From an uncultured Candidatus Saccharibacteria bacterium (GTDB lineage: Bacteria > Patescibacteriota > Minisyncoccia > Phycocordibacterales > CAIZLB01): a DNA stretch of 57,654 bases. Below, piece by piece: positions 45,081 through 55,509 of this stretch. Below the pieces are notes generated by a model. The model was not told the DNA's origin, searched no databases, and saw only the letters and a program-made list of their open reading frames with translations. Where the stretch lies: contig CAYJDM010000007.1 in NCBI GenBank assembly GCA_964368945.1, positions 1,365 through 59,018 of the forward strand. The letters run 5' to 3'. Both the position numbers and the translations under genes were made by a program. The number at the start of each line of letters is the position of its first letter. Within the stretch, counting starts at the first letter, position 1.

Positions 45081-46028
45081 GGCGTCTATTCCGAATACAT
45101 TATGCGAACTAACTCAAGAAAGCGGTCATCTTAAATGAAGCCTCTCAAGGTTGCATATTAAGAAGACCGCTCGAAAGGCGGCATCTTTTTTTCCAAAAAG
45201 ATAACGCTGAGAAAAGCGCAGAGTCCGAGTTCGGAGATTCCTTGAAATCAAAAACCTGTCCTGACATTTCAGTGAAGCGATTCATGTCGAAAGATATGAG
45301 TTGTTTGTATCTGGGTCTTTAGTCGGAGGCAGAGTCATTAGATTGGGCGAGAAGCCGAGCGAGAACTTCAACTGTCACAAGGTTGAGAGGTCGAGCATCT
45401 AATGACAAGCCACCGTATTCCTTCAAGTAAAAATACGGTGGTGCAGGTAACAAATAAAAGTGATTGTGGTCTTTATATTTCCTAATGGGATTTATAAGGG
45501 CATATGGTGGATGCCTTGGCATAACACAGCGATGAAGGACGTAGCATGGCGACGATATGCTTCGGGGAGGTGCCTAGCAACCTTTGATCCGAAGATTTCC
45601 GAATGGGGAAACCCCAGGGACATGAGCCCTGATCTAGTTTCATCTAGATGCGAACCCGGAGAAGTAAAACATTTCAGTAACCGGAGGAAAAGAAAACAAG
45701 CACGCAAGTGCACAATTCTCTAAGTAGCGGCGAGCGAAAAGGGAAGAGCCCAAACCAAGCTTTCCTATGGACGGTGACAATGGCTACGCAAGTAGCTGAT
45801 GTTTCTGTCTATTGGGTAGCTTGGGGTTGTAGGATAGAAACTGGACATTTATGTTCAAAGAGTTACAAAATGCTTCGTTAGCAGAATAAGCTGGAAAGCT
45901 TAACCCAAGACGGTGATAGTCCCGTAAGCGAAAACGAAGTATCTCTTGTTTCTACTCCTGAGTACCCCGAGACATGAATAGCTCGGGGGAATCCAGCAGT
46001 ACTAACTGCTAAGGCTAAATATGTGTTA

Positions 46029-46069
<41 letters not shown>

Positions 46070-47468
46070 AAGTCCGGTGAGGACAGTGAAATAGACCTGA
46101 AACCATATGCCTACAAGGAGTCGGAGCGGTAATTTATTACCGTCACGGCGTGCCTATTGAAGAATGAGCCAACGAGTTAATGAATACTGCGCGGCTAAGC
46201 CCGAGAGGGTGGAGCCATAGGGAAACCGAGTGCGAATAGCGCGTTTGTAGTATGCATTAGACCCGAAGCCAATGCGAGCTTACCATGAGCAGGGTGAACT
46301 ATGTCGAAAGATGTAGGGAGGCCCGAACCCGTTAGTCGTTCAACTCTTTGGGATGACTTGTGGTAAGAAGTGAAAAGCTAATCGAGCTTGGTAATAGCTG
46401 GTTCTCTCCGAAATAGCTTTTGGGTTAGCGTCACGTGTTCCCTCTGGGGGTAGAGCACTGGAAGGACTTGACAGGGAGAAATCTCGCAAGTCCTATCAAA
46501 CTCCGAATACCAGAGGTCAAGAACGTGGCAGTTAGACCGTGGGGGCGAAGCTCCACTGGTCAAAAGGGAAACAGCCCTTGATCCCAATTTAAGGTCCCTA
46601 AATTCATGCTAAGTGCAAAAGAAGGTGGTGGAATTTCATAGACAATGAGGAGGTTTGCTTAGAAGCAGCAATCCTTGAAAGATAGCGTAACAGCTCACTC
46701 ATCAAGAGACTTCGCGCCACAAATGATCGGGGCTCAAGCATAGTACCGAAATTTGGGATTTATATATTCTTCGGAATATATGAGTGGTAGGAGAGTGTTT
46801 GCATCGCGTTGAAGGGAAAGGGGTGACCCATCCTGGAGCATTGCAAAGCAAGAATGTTGGCACAAGTAACCACAATCGATGTGAAAAACATCGACGCCGA
46901 AAGATCAAGGTTTCCTCAGCTACGATTGTCGACTGAGGGTTAGTCAGGCCTAAGGGGATGGAGAGATCCGAACCCGATGGACACATGGTTAATATTCCAT
47001 GACTTTCGTATAGAATGATGGAGTGACGGAGTGGAGTATGTAGAACAGGTTATTGAATTCCTGTTTGTGTAGAGAGATAGTTGACTAGGCAAATCCGGTC
47101 ACTGACTTTAATGTCGATATCTGATTCTATATGACGTGAGTCTACAAAGCACGCTTCCGAGAAAACCTTCTAAGTTTATCTATACGAAAACTGTACCGCA
47201 AACCGACACAGGTGATCAGGTCGAGCAGACCAAGGCGAACGAGTGAGAGGTCTTCAAGGAACTCGGCAAAAAAGCAACCGTAACTTAGGGATAAGGTTCG
47301 CCCACAGCAATGTGGGTCTCAGCAAAAGTTTCTCTGGCGACTGTTTATCAAAAACACAGCTCCCTGCGAAGTCGCAAGACGATGTATAGGGGGTGACACC
47401 TGACCAATGCCAGAAGGTTAAATATCGGCGTTCTTATAGCAATATAAGGGTGACTGATATATGCCCTG

Positions 47469-47503
<35 letters not shown>

Positions 47504-47739
47504 TCAGCACTCATCGCAAGATGATTGCTGACGGACTAGGACTGTCATAGTAGTGTTTTGAGAAAACTAAAGAGTCGAATCGTAAAGATTTAAATTACAC
47601 ATTAAGTAGCTACCTACTGTGCAGTAATGCATCAGTTAGTCCAATATGGTTAGCGAGAGACCAACGCCATACATCCCAACTTTGCGATCGCAAGATCATG
47701 AAGAGGATGAAGATAGAGTCCTTCTGAGAGGAATAGAAG
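47504..47739 (+). other. 236-nt ORF-less intron-like insertion at the 23S site equivalent to E. coli U1931
   Basis: Interrupts ...ACGGTCCTAAGGT | AGCGAAATTCCTTGTC.... It follows a U and ends in G. It has GNRA-capped hairpins and AAGATAGAGTCC near its 3' end. Confidence 0.6.
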
Positions 47740-48402
47740 AGCGAAATTCCTTGTCTGGTAAGTTCAGACGCGCACGAATGGTGTAACGAGTTGGGAACTG
47801 TCTCGGAGACTTGCCCGGTGAAAATGCAATGGAGGTGAAGATGCCTCCTACCTGCAGCTAGACGAAAAGACCCCAGAAGCTTCACTGCAACCTGATATTG
47901 AGTGTATGTTTTTGCTGCGTAGCATAGATGGGAGAGGTTGAGATTTCGGTTTCGGCTGAAATGGACTCGTCAGTGAAATACCATTCTTCAAAAATATACA
48001 TTCTAACCTCGACGGCATAAAAACGTCGAGAAACAGTGTCTGGTGGGCAGTTTTAGTGGGGCGCTATCCTCCCAAAAAGTAACGGAGGAGTTTAAAGGTC
48101 AGCTAGGTGCGAATGGAAACCGTACCGATAGCGCAATGGCATAAGCTGGCTTAACTGTGAGACGTCAATGTCAAACAGACGCGAAAGCGGAACATAGTGA
48201 ACCGACCATACGCATTAGATGCGGTGGAAGATTATCTGATAAAAGCTACTCTGGGGATAACAGGCTGGTTGTATCTAAGAGTCCATATCGACGATACAGT
48301 TCGGCACCTCGATGTCGGCTCGACTTATCCTGGGGCTGTAGAAGGTCCCAAGGGTTTGGCTGTTCGCCAATTAAAAAGTCACGCGAGCTGGGTTCAGACC
48401 GT

Positions 48403-48762
48403 GTAGTAGTTAATCGCAAGATTTACTTCTACACAGTCTGAATCCTCGAGAGATTCATAAGTTTACAAGTCTAAGTAAACAAAAGATGTTAGACGAAAAC
48501 CAAATTCGATTCTTGTCCGAGTAGGACTAAGAACATACGAATATTCACGGCGGTCATTTGGAGAAATCCATTTTGATCAAGTTAACTAATTTCGGTAAAA
48601 TCCCAATGCCTCTGCGCGAGTACGCATGGACAATACCGAGGGAAGTTCAGGCGAAAGCATGAACGCCCGTAGAGACTACACGTTAACTATCTTCATTCAT
48701 GATTCAAATTATGAAAAAGATAATGATATAGTCCATTCCATGCAGTAATGCATGAAAAGAAG
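48403..48762 (+). other. 360-nt ORF-less group-I-like intron at the 23S site equivalent to E. coli U2593
   Basis: Interrupts ...GGGTTCAGACCGT | CGTGAGACAGGTTGG.... It follows a U and ends in G. It carries an R-like element GTAGAGACTACA (48669-48680) and an S-like element GATATAGTCC (48725-48734). Confidence 0.65.
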
Positions 48763-49167
48763 CGTGAGACAGGTTGGTCTCCTATCTGCTGCAGGCGTTG
48801 ATACTTGAGAAGATTTGCCCTTAGTACGAGAGGACCGGGGTGAACTAACCTCTGGTGTACCAGTTGTCATGCCAATGGCATTGCTGGGTAGCTATGTTGG
48901 GAATGGATAAGCTCTGAAAGCATCTAAGAGCGAAGCCAGCTTCAAGATTAGGTATCGTTTGAGGCCCGTGAGAGATGATCACGTTGATAGGCACCAAGTG
49001 TAAGCGCAGTAATGCGTTGAGCTGAGGTGTACTAATGCGCCGATTCCTATTAGGAAATATATTGATGACGATCACTTTTATTTGTTACGTGCATGATTAA
49101 AATACTTGAATCAAATCGCTGTAAAAGGCTTATTTGATATAAAAAAGACCAACCGAATTGACTCTTC

Positions 49168-49280
49168 TGTTCTGGTGACTTGTCGATGGGGAAACACCTG
49201 ATCTCATTCCGAACTCAGAAGTTAAGCCCATCAGAGGCGATGATACTCATTTATGGGGAAAGTAGCTCGTCGCCAGTACA
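49168..49280 (+). rRNA. rrf: 5S rRNA
   Basis: ...CCTGATCTCATTCCGAACTCAGAAGTTAAGCCCATCAG...GTAGCTCGTCGCCAG. Ends are approximate. Confidence 0.85.
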
Positions 49281-49294
49281 GAGTAGTCAAACAC

Positions 49295-49330
49295 AAAAGC
49301 CGCGTTCAGCAATGAATGCGGCTTTTGTCT
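49295..49330 (+). terminator. Terminator after the 5S
   Basis: aaaagccgc...gcggctttt hairpin followed by a T-rich tail. Confidence 0.7.
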
Positions 49331-49354
49331 TTGGTTTCTGATATAATTCACCGC

Positions 49355-50125
49355 ATGATATCTTGGTCAGCTCGTCGTCAGCTCGCATATGGAATGGCTT
49401 TTATCGTGCTTATTCTTCTCGTCGTCGGAGTGCCGATCTATCTTCATTTTTTCAATAAGGCGCCGACATGCATGGATCTGAAGCAGAATCAGAATGAGAC
49501 TGGCATCGATTGCGGTGGCATATGCGCACGCGCTTGCATCCAGGACGTCTTGCCAGAACCGATTCAGCTTTGGGCTCGCGCATTCAAAGTCTCAGGCGGA
49601 GTCCATAATCTCGTCGCATATGTGCAGAATGCCAATGTTAATTATGTGGCAAATCCTGCAGAATACGTGTTCAAGGTTTTCGATAAGGACAATGTGCTCA
49701 TCGGCCTGCGAATCGGCAAATCTGCAGTTCCTCCTGTAAAATCCTTTCCAATATTCGAGCAATCATTCGATGCCGGATTCAGAGAAGTGGGGAAGGTGAC
49801 ATTCGAATTCACTGAGCCTCTCGTATGGAATCGCTCGACTTCAGTGCGACCGGAGCTAATGGTCTCCGATCAACAGCTCGTCAACGCTTCAACGTCTCCT
49901 CGCCTCACAGCCAAGGTCATAAACAATACGCTTGCGCGATATGAATCGGTCGAAGTCGTCGCTATCGTATATGGTCAAAGCGAGAATGCCATCGCATCTT
50001 CTCGCACGATAGTGCCGCTCATCACGAGCAATTCTTCCATCGACGTAGTCTTTACATGGCCTGAAAAATTCAGCGAGCCGGTCGCAAAGGTGGATATAAT
50101 CCCTAAATTGCCAATCGAGCGCTAA
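49355..50125 (+). CDS. Hypothetical membrane-anchored protein with a Cys-rich juxtamembrane segment
   Basis: The ATG at 49355 is preferred because the 49316 track start lies inside the 5S terminator. One TM helix, then CMDL...GIDCGGICARAC. Confidence 0.5.
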   Translation: MISWSARRQLAYGMAFIVLILLVVGVPIYLHFFNKAPTCMDLKQNQNETGIDCGGICARACIQDVLPEPIQLWARAFKVSGGVHNLVAYVQNANVNYVANPAEYVFKVFDKDNVLIGLRIGKSAVPPVKSFPIFEQSFDAGFREVGKVTFEFTEPLVWNRSTSVRPELMVSDQQLVNASTSPRLTAKVINNTLARYESVEVVAIVYGQSENAIASSRTIVPLITSNSSIDVVFTWPEKFSEPVAKVDIIPKLPIER

Positions 50126-50153
50126 TCGCCTGCGCCGAGCATAGACATACGAT

Positions 50154-51374
50154 ATGAATAGATTTTTCGCAAAGGCACTAGAAAGAGGCGGCGGCACCAT
50201 GGGTTCTGCAATCGGCGGCGCCGGCAATGGCGGGGGCTTGTCCGGCAATGCCGGCGGCCGCCAGAAATCCAAAGTGGACTGGTGGCTTTTTGCGGCCGTC
50301 ATCCCGATCATGGGGGCTGGCATGGTTGCTATGAATTCCTTCTTCGGCAATGAGCATTTCTTTGGGCGACAGCTTATCTGGGTATGCGTAGGCTTGCTCA
50401 TCATGCTCGTGGCATCCCGCATCGACTTCAGGTTTCTGCGCCGCTCAGGGGTCGTCATAAGCGTCTATGCGGCATCTATCGCCATGCTTCTGGCGGTATT
50501 CGTTTTCGGATATGCGGCGAAAGGTGCGAAGAGCTGGATCTCATTCGGAGGTTTTTCCATACAGCCTGCTGACTTCGCAAAGATCGCGCTCATAATTCTT
50601 TTGGCAAAATATTTCTCGAGGCGCCATGTGGAGATCAGGCATATACGTCATATCCTCGTTTCAGCGATATATGCGCTTGTGCCATTCGTGCTCGTGGCAT
50701 TGCAGCCGGACTTCGGTTCCGCGATCACCATCTTTTTGATATGGTTCGGCATGGTGGCAGTATCGGGAATATCCAAAAAGCATCTCGCCCTCGTCATATT
50801 CACCGGCTTGGCAGCATTCGTGCTCCTCTGGAACTTCGGCTTCAAGGAATATCAAAAGCATCGAATCATCAATTTCGTGCACCCTTTGGCCGATATCCGC
50901 GGCACCGGATACAATGCATATCAATCCGTTATCGCTGTCGGATCTGGGGGCATCCTAGGGAAAGGGGTCGGATATGGAACGCAATCGCGACTCAGCTTCC
51001 TGCCAGAGTATGAGACTGACTTCATCTTCGCGGCATTTGCCGAGGAATGGGGATTCATTGGCGTTATAATCCTGCTCGTTCTATTCGGCATCGTTTTTTC
51101 CCGCATATTCAATGTGGCGAGGAAAGGGGAGACCAATTTCGAAATCCTGTTTGCTCTCGGAGTGGCGATTCTATTCATGACCCATCTGACGGTGAATATA
51201 GGCATGAATATTGGCTTGATGCCGGTGACCGGAATTCCCGTGCCATTCATGAGCTATGGAGGATCGCATCTTTTGGCTGAAAGCATCGCTGTGGGATTGC
51301 TAATGGGCATGCGCGGCTATGGCAGGCCTATTCATAGGGATGGGATCAAGAATGAATTCCTTGGAGTCGAATAG
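50154..51374 (+). CDS. SEDS-family peptidoglycan glycosyltransferase (RodA/FtsW)
   Basis: About 10 TM helices, with QPDFGSA, GYG.Q and PFMSYGGSHLL motifs. Confidence 0.85.
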   Translation: MNRFFAKALERGGGTMGSAIGGAGNGGGLSGNAGGRQKSKVDWWLFAAVIPIMGAGMVAMNSFFGNEHFFGRQLIWVCVGLLIMLVASRIDFRFLRRSGVVISVYAASIAMLLAVFVFGYAAKGAKSWISFGGFSIQPADFAKIALIILLAKYFSRRHVEIRHIRHILVSAIYALVPFVLVALQPDFGSAITIFLIWFGMVAVSGISKKHLALVIFTGLAAFVLLWNFGFKEYQKHRIINFVHPLADIRGTGYNAYQSVIAVGSGGILGKGVGYGTQSRLSFLPEYETDFIFAAFAEEWGFIGVIILLVLFGIVFSRIFNVARKGETNFEILFALGVAILFMTHLTVNIGMNIGLMPVTGIPVPFMSYGGSHLLAESIAVGLLMGMRGYGRPIHRDGIKNEFLGVE

Positions 51375-51401
51375 ACGCCTTGCGTCCATTCGACTCCAAG
51401 G
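51359..51401. terminator. Long hairpin overlapping the RodA/FtsW stop
   Basis: ccttggagtcgaat / attcgactccaagg 14-bp arms with an inner gacgc/gcgtc stem. No strong T-run. Confidence 0.45.
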
Positions 51402-51419
51402 AATATAAAATTGCTGGGT

Positions 51420-51443
51420 GTATTTGTATTTGTATTTGTATTT
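51420..51443. repeat. Hexanucleotide tandem repeat (gtattt) x4
   Basis: Read directly from the sequence. Lies between convergent genes. Confidence 0.9.
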
Positions 51444-51451
51444 TACTTTTC

Positions 51452-52678
51452 CTAAATCTCTCCATTCATCAGCTGCAGCAATCTCTGATACTGCTTCTCG
51501 AAATCATATTCAGCGCGAACTTTTTCATATAAAAGCTCAGCATATTGCCGCTCCTCGCCTCGATGGTCGTCTATATAGCAGAGCGTATTCTTGATTTCCT
51601 GAGCCCTCTTCGGCTTGATGAGGAAGCCCGTTCGCAGATTCTCGATTACCTCCGAGATGCCGCCGACATTCGTCGCGATAATGGGCACTTTTGCGAAGCC
51701 TGCTTCAATAATCGTATATGGCAAGCCTTCCTTGACCGAGCTGAGGAGAAGCAGATCGAATGCCAACATATATGTGCGAGCATCGACGACATATCCCGCG
51801 AAGGTCACATCTTCCTGAAGGCCGAGCTGCTTGGCCAGATTCATAAGGTTCTGCTTTTCTTCGCCTTCGCTGACGATGATCATGTGAGTATTCATATTCG
51901 AGCCGAGCACATCTTTGTATTGCTTCAGTCCCTCGAGTGCATAGGTAATTCCCTTATTCTTGTGGAGCTCGGCATTGATTCCGATAATGCGAGCATCGCG
52001 CTTGGCGAGGTCTATGAATTTTTCCTCGCATGACATTGCACTCATATTGTCGGTTGGATTGGCGCAGAGCAGCTTCTCCAGGGCCTCGGCTTCGGGGAGG
52101 AGAGGGAATTCATGGATTCCATTCTTGATTATGGTCAGCTTATTTTTGGTAAAAGGCCAATCCTTAACCATATCGTATTCCTTCTGCGTGAGGACGATCA
52201 CCTTATGCGCGAACATGATCGTAAGCCAAGAGAAAAATTTTATCAAAATAACCTGCCATATAGGCCTATCCTCCAGGAAAGGCCAGCCATGATTCGTATA
52301 TATGACATGCTTGACTCCAAAGACTCGTCCGATGACTGAGCCCAATCCTCCGAGCTTCGGGCTGTTCACATGCATGATGTCGGGCCGGATCTTTTTTACT
52401 ATCTTGCCCAATTGGATCAGCGTAGAAAATTCCTTGAAAAGATTCATATCCCTCTGCGCATTGTCGAGAGAATGGATAGGGATGCCGGCTTGTTCAAGCT
52501 TGGTTCTCATCATGCCATTGCCTCCGCAGGCAACATGCACTTCGAAAGCCTCGCTGCCATTCTGACTTTTCTGCTCCTTGCTCCGAATCGCCAGCTCGTA
52601 TACGTACTTCTGAGCGCCGCCAAAATTGGACTTCGTGATGGCGTAGAGAATTTTCTTCATTGTGATATTATAGGCCAA
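51452..52678 (-). CDS. Glycosyltransferase family 4 (GT-B, group 1)
   Basis: C-terminal EGLPYTIIEAGFAKVPIIATNVGGISEVI (E-x7-E) motif. Confidence 0.8.
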   Translation of the reverse strand: MAYNITMKKILYAITKSNFGGAQKYVYELAIRSKEQKSQNGSEAFEVHVACGGNGMMRTKLEQAGIPIHSLDNAQRDMNLFKEFSTLIQLGKIVKKIRPDIMHVNSPKLGGLGSVIGRVFGVKHVIYTNHGWPFLEDRPIWQVILIKFFSWLTIMFAHKVIVLTQKEYDMVKDWPFTKNKLTIIKNGIHEFPLLPEAEALEKLLCANPTDNMSAMSCEEKFIDLAKRDARIIGINAELHKNKGITYALEGLKQYKDVLGSNMNTHMIIVSEGEEKQNLMNLAKQLGLQEDVTFAGYVVDARTYMLAFDLLLLSSVKEGLPYTIIEAGFAKVPIIATNVGGISEVIENLRTGFLIKPKRAQEIKNTLCYIDDHRGEERQYAELLYEKVRAEYDFEKQYQRLLQLMNGEI

Positions 52679-52681
52679 TAT

Positions 52682-54052
52682 ATGAGAAGCGTATATAGGT
52701 ATGAATCAGCCTCCATGGCATTCGGAGACATTGCGATTTTCGTGCTGTCCCTTTGGCTTACCTTATCTATTCGATACTTGGAATTCCCAGATATGGCTCT
52801 ATTTAAGGGTCATTTGCAAGCTTTCGCGCCTGTCTTCATTCTCTGGCTCTGCTTATATGTCCTCGGCGGCCTCTATGATCGGCATCTTCGATTCGCCAAA
52901 GCCAAGCTTTTCGGCAAGCTCTGGATGGCGCAGACTATCAATGTCGCTTTGGCTTTCGTCTACTTTTTCTCCCTCAAGACATCGACGATTGCCGGAGGAA
53001 TCACGCCGAAGACGATCCTTCTCCTCTATCTCATCATCTCCGGCCTGCTCATAACATTCTGGCGCGTTTATATATATGCAAAAATTACCGAGCTTCACCC
53101 TCTCAAGGTGCTCTGCGTAGGGCAGGGTGCCGACTTCGAAAGGCTCGTCAATGCGAAGGAGAAATTGCGGCAGTCAGGCATCGAAATCATCCCAGCCCGA
53201 AGCGCTGAGGAGTTCGACGCATTGATAGCCCGCGAGGATGCCAGCGAGAAAGATAAGAAAAACAGGGCAATGAATGATTCGCGCATCGATGTCATCGTAT
53301 CGAATGGCTTCGACCCCGCCTTCAAGGATCTGACGGTTCGGATCTATGACTCTCTTTTCAATGGCAAGGTATATGTCGATTTCTCCGATTTCTATGAGGA
53401 GGTTTTCGAAATGATCCCGCTGCAGGCAATAGATGAGAGCTGGTTTCTCAAATACGTTTCGGTAAAGCGCCGATACATTTACGATATCCTGAAGCGGATG
53501 ATGGACATGGTATTGGCTTTTCCGATATTGCTGATCTCTACGATCTACTATCCATTCGTGATTTTGGCGCGAAAGATCGAGAATCTCGGTCCGATCTGGG
53601 CGATCCAGACTCGAATAGGCGAGAATGGCAAGCCGATTCAGATTTTCAAATTCGCAAGCATGACCGTCAGCGATGCGGGCAAGGCTATCGTGAAGAACGA
53701 TAATCGGATCACTCCCGTCGGAGCCTTTATCCGCAAGACTCGTCTCGATGAATTTCCTCAGCTTTGGAGCGTTGTGAGAGGGGATCAGTCCCTCATCGGC
53801 CCTCGCCCTGAGATGCCCAACCTCGTAGAGTTTTATAAAAAAGAAATACCTCACTACAATATGCGCCATATCATCAAGCCGGGACTATCCGGCTGGGCGC
53901 AAATCCATCATGATGTGCCGCCTCAGACCGTCGAGGCTACAAAGGTCAAGCTTGCCTATGACTTGTATTACATCAAGAATCGCAGCCTCTGGCTCGACCT
54001 CCATATCGCGTTTTCTACCATAAAGACTCTCTTGTCACGGACTGGATTATAG
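52682..54052 (+). CDS. Polyprenyl-phosphate sugar phosphotransferase (WbaP/bacterial sugar transferase family)
   Basis: N-terminal TM helices and a C-terminal ...RLDEFPQLWSVVRGDQSLIGPRPEMP... core. A start at 52682 (or 52715) is chosen because the 52370 track start overlaps the opposite-strand GT4 gene. Confidence 0.8.
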   Translation: MRSVYRYESASMAFGDIAIFVLSLWLTLSIRYLEFPDMALFKGHLQAFAPVFILWLCLYVLGGLYDRHLRFAKAKLFGKLWMAQTINVALAFVYFFSLKTSTIAGGITPKTILLLYLIISGLLITFWRVYIYAKITELHPLKVLCVGQGADFERLVNAKEKLRQSGIEIIPARSAEEFDALIAREDASEKDKKNRAMNDSRIDVIVSNGFDPAFKDLTVRIYDSLFNGKVYVDFSDFYEEVFEMIPLQAIDESWFLKYVSVKRRYIYDILKRMMDMVLAFPILLISTIYYPFVILARKIENLGPIWAIQTRIGENGKPIQIFKFASMTVSDAGKAIVKNDNRITPVGAFIRKTRLDEFPQLWSVVRGDQSLIGPRPEMPNLVEFYKKEIPHYNMRHIIKPGLSGWAQIHHDVPPQTVEATKVKLAYDLYYIKNRSLWLDLHIAFSTIKTLLSRTGL

Positions 54053-54067
54053 CTATAATGGCCGGAT

Positions 54068-55471
54068 ATGGTCACAAATTCATCTATGCCTTCGTCTTCG
54101 CAGCCGAAGTCCCGCACGCCTCATTCAGTCGTCAAGAAAAGAATCTCAGCATTCTTTATCCTTGTAATCGGTCTGCTTTTCGGCGCATTCATTCATTATT
54201 CACAGTCCGCAACAGGAGGATTCTTGTCGAAATTCCCATTCAAGCTTGGCCTTGACCTCAACGGAGGAACTCATCTCGTTTACAAGGCGGATACTTCAAA
54301 GATCGCAGCAGCAGAAGTCGCGGATGCCATGCAGAGCTTGCGAGACGTCATCAATGCCCGAATCAATGGGCTCGGAGTTTCTGAGCCTATTATCCAGACG
54401 GAAAAGACCACTATCGATGGCGTAGAAGTTCAGAAGCTCATCGTCGAGCTGCCTGGCGTTACCGATGTGAAGCAGGCTGTCGATACGATCGGCCAGACGC
54501 CAGTACTCGAATTCAAGAGATTGAACCCGAATGCCGCAGCGCTTACCGCATCGTCGACCCCTGAGGACGTTGCAAATAACTTCCTTGCGACAGAATTGAC
54601 TGGCCGATATCTCCAGACTGCGACAGTTCAGACGGATACGCAGACGAATCGACCGATCGTTTCGCTTGAATTCAATGAGCAGGGCAAGGAACTCTTCGCA
54701 AAGCTTACAAAGGAAGAGATCGGCAAGCCTATCGCCATCTTCCTCGATGGCCAGATCATCTCTGCACCGACCGTGCAGGATGAGATCCGAGACGGAAAGG
54801 CCGTCATCACGGGAAGCTATAGCATTACCGAGGCTCGAGACTTGGCACGAAGCCTCCGATATGGGGCGCTGCCTGTTCCTGTCGAGCTGATCGGAACGCA
54901 GACTATCGGTGCATCACTCGGCGCTGACGCTATCGCTGCCAGCATCAATGCGGGTATCTGGGGCTTGATCGCGATCTCGATCTTCCTCATCATCTGGTAC
55001 CGAGTGCCGGGACTGATCGCTGTAGTCGCTTTGATCCTATACGTCATCATCAACTTTACATTATTCAAACTCCTCGGAGTCGTGCTTACATCAGCTGGCT
55101 TGGCCGCATTCATCATCTCGCTCGGCATGGCGGTGGACGGAAATATCCTCATCTTCGAGCGAATGAGAGAGGAATTCGAAAAGGGAGAAGGCAAGAATCA
55201 GTCTTTGGAAGCAGGCATCAGGGAAGGCTTTGCGCGAGCTTGGCTTTCAATCCGAGACAGCAACCTTTCGAGCATTATCACGGGCGCCATCCTCTTCTTC
55301 ACGGCGACATCCGCCTTGGTCAAGGGATTCGCATTCGTATTCATCATCGGCGTCCTCGTATCCGCATTCACGGCGATTACGATTTCTCGAACATTCCTCT
55401 TGGCTCTAAGCAAGGGCACATATTCTGGTCGACGAAAGATATTGTTTGGGCATGGCATCAAGTTCAAATAA
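54068..55471 (+). CDS. secD: Protein translocase subunit SecD
   Basis: Periplasmic P1 domain and a C-terminal 6-TM block (...LGMAVDGNILIFERMREE...). Confidence 0.9.
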   Translation: MVTNSSMPSSSQPKSRTPHSVVKKRISAFFILVIGLLFGAFIHYSQSATGGFLSKFPFKLGLDLNGGTHLVYKADTSKIAAAEVADAMQSLRDVINARINGLGVSEPIIQTEKTTIDGVEVQKLIVELPGVTDVKQAVDTIGQTPVLEFKRLNPNAAALTASSTPEDVANNFLATELTGRYLQTATVQTDTQTNRPIVSLEFNEQGKELFAKLTKEEIGKPIAIFLDGQIISAPTVQDEIRDGKAVITGSYSITEARDLARSLRYGALPVPVELIGTQTIGASLGADAIAASINAGIWGLIAISIFLIIWYRVPGLIAVVALILYVIINFTLFKLLGVVLTSAGLAAFIISLGMAVDGNILIFERMREEFEKGEGKNQSLEAGIREGFARAWLSIRDSNLSSIITGAILFFTATSALVKGFAFVFIIGVLVSAFTAITISRTFLLALSKGTYSGRRKILFGHGIKFK

Positions 55472-55509
55472 TTATAAAAAGAACCTAATAACCAACTAAC
55501 CTTACAATC

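Noticed and set aside
45760-45830. Extra hairpins in 23S domain I relative to E. coli: gcac-GCAA-gtgc near 45697, and a roughly 60-nt extension around 45770-45830.
   Set aside because: These lie in known variable helices and look like ordinary expansion segments rather than introns. I did not report them as separate features.
51420-51443. (gtattt)x4 tandem repeat considered as a CRISPR-like or phase-variation element.
   Set aside because: Only 24 nt, with no spacers. It lies between two convergent stop codons, so it cannot shift a reading frame or a promoter spacing that I can see.
52370-52681. N-terminal 104 codons of the 560-aa track ORF for the sugar transferase.
   Set aside because: This part overlaps the well-supported opposite-strand GT4 gene and has no transferase features. 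An in-frame ATG at 52682 (or 52715) lies just past the GT4 start.
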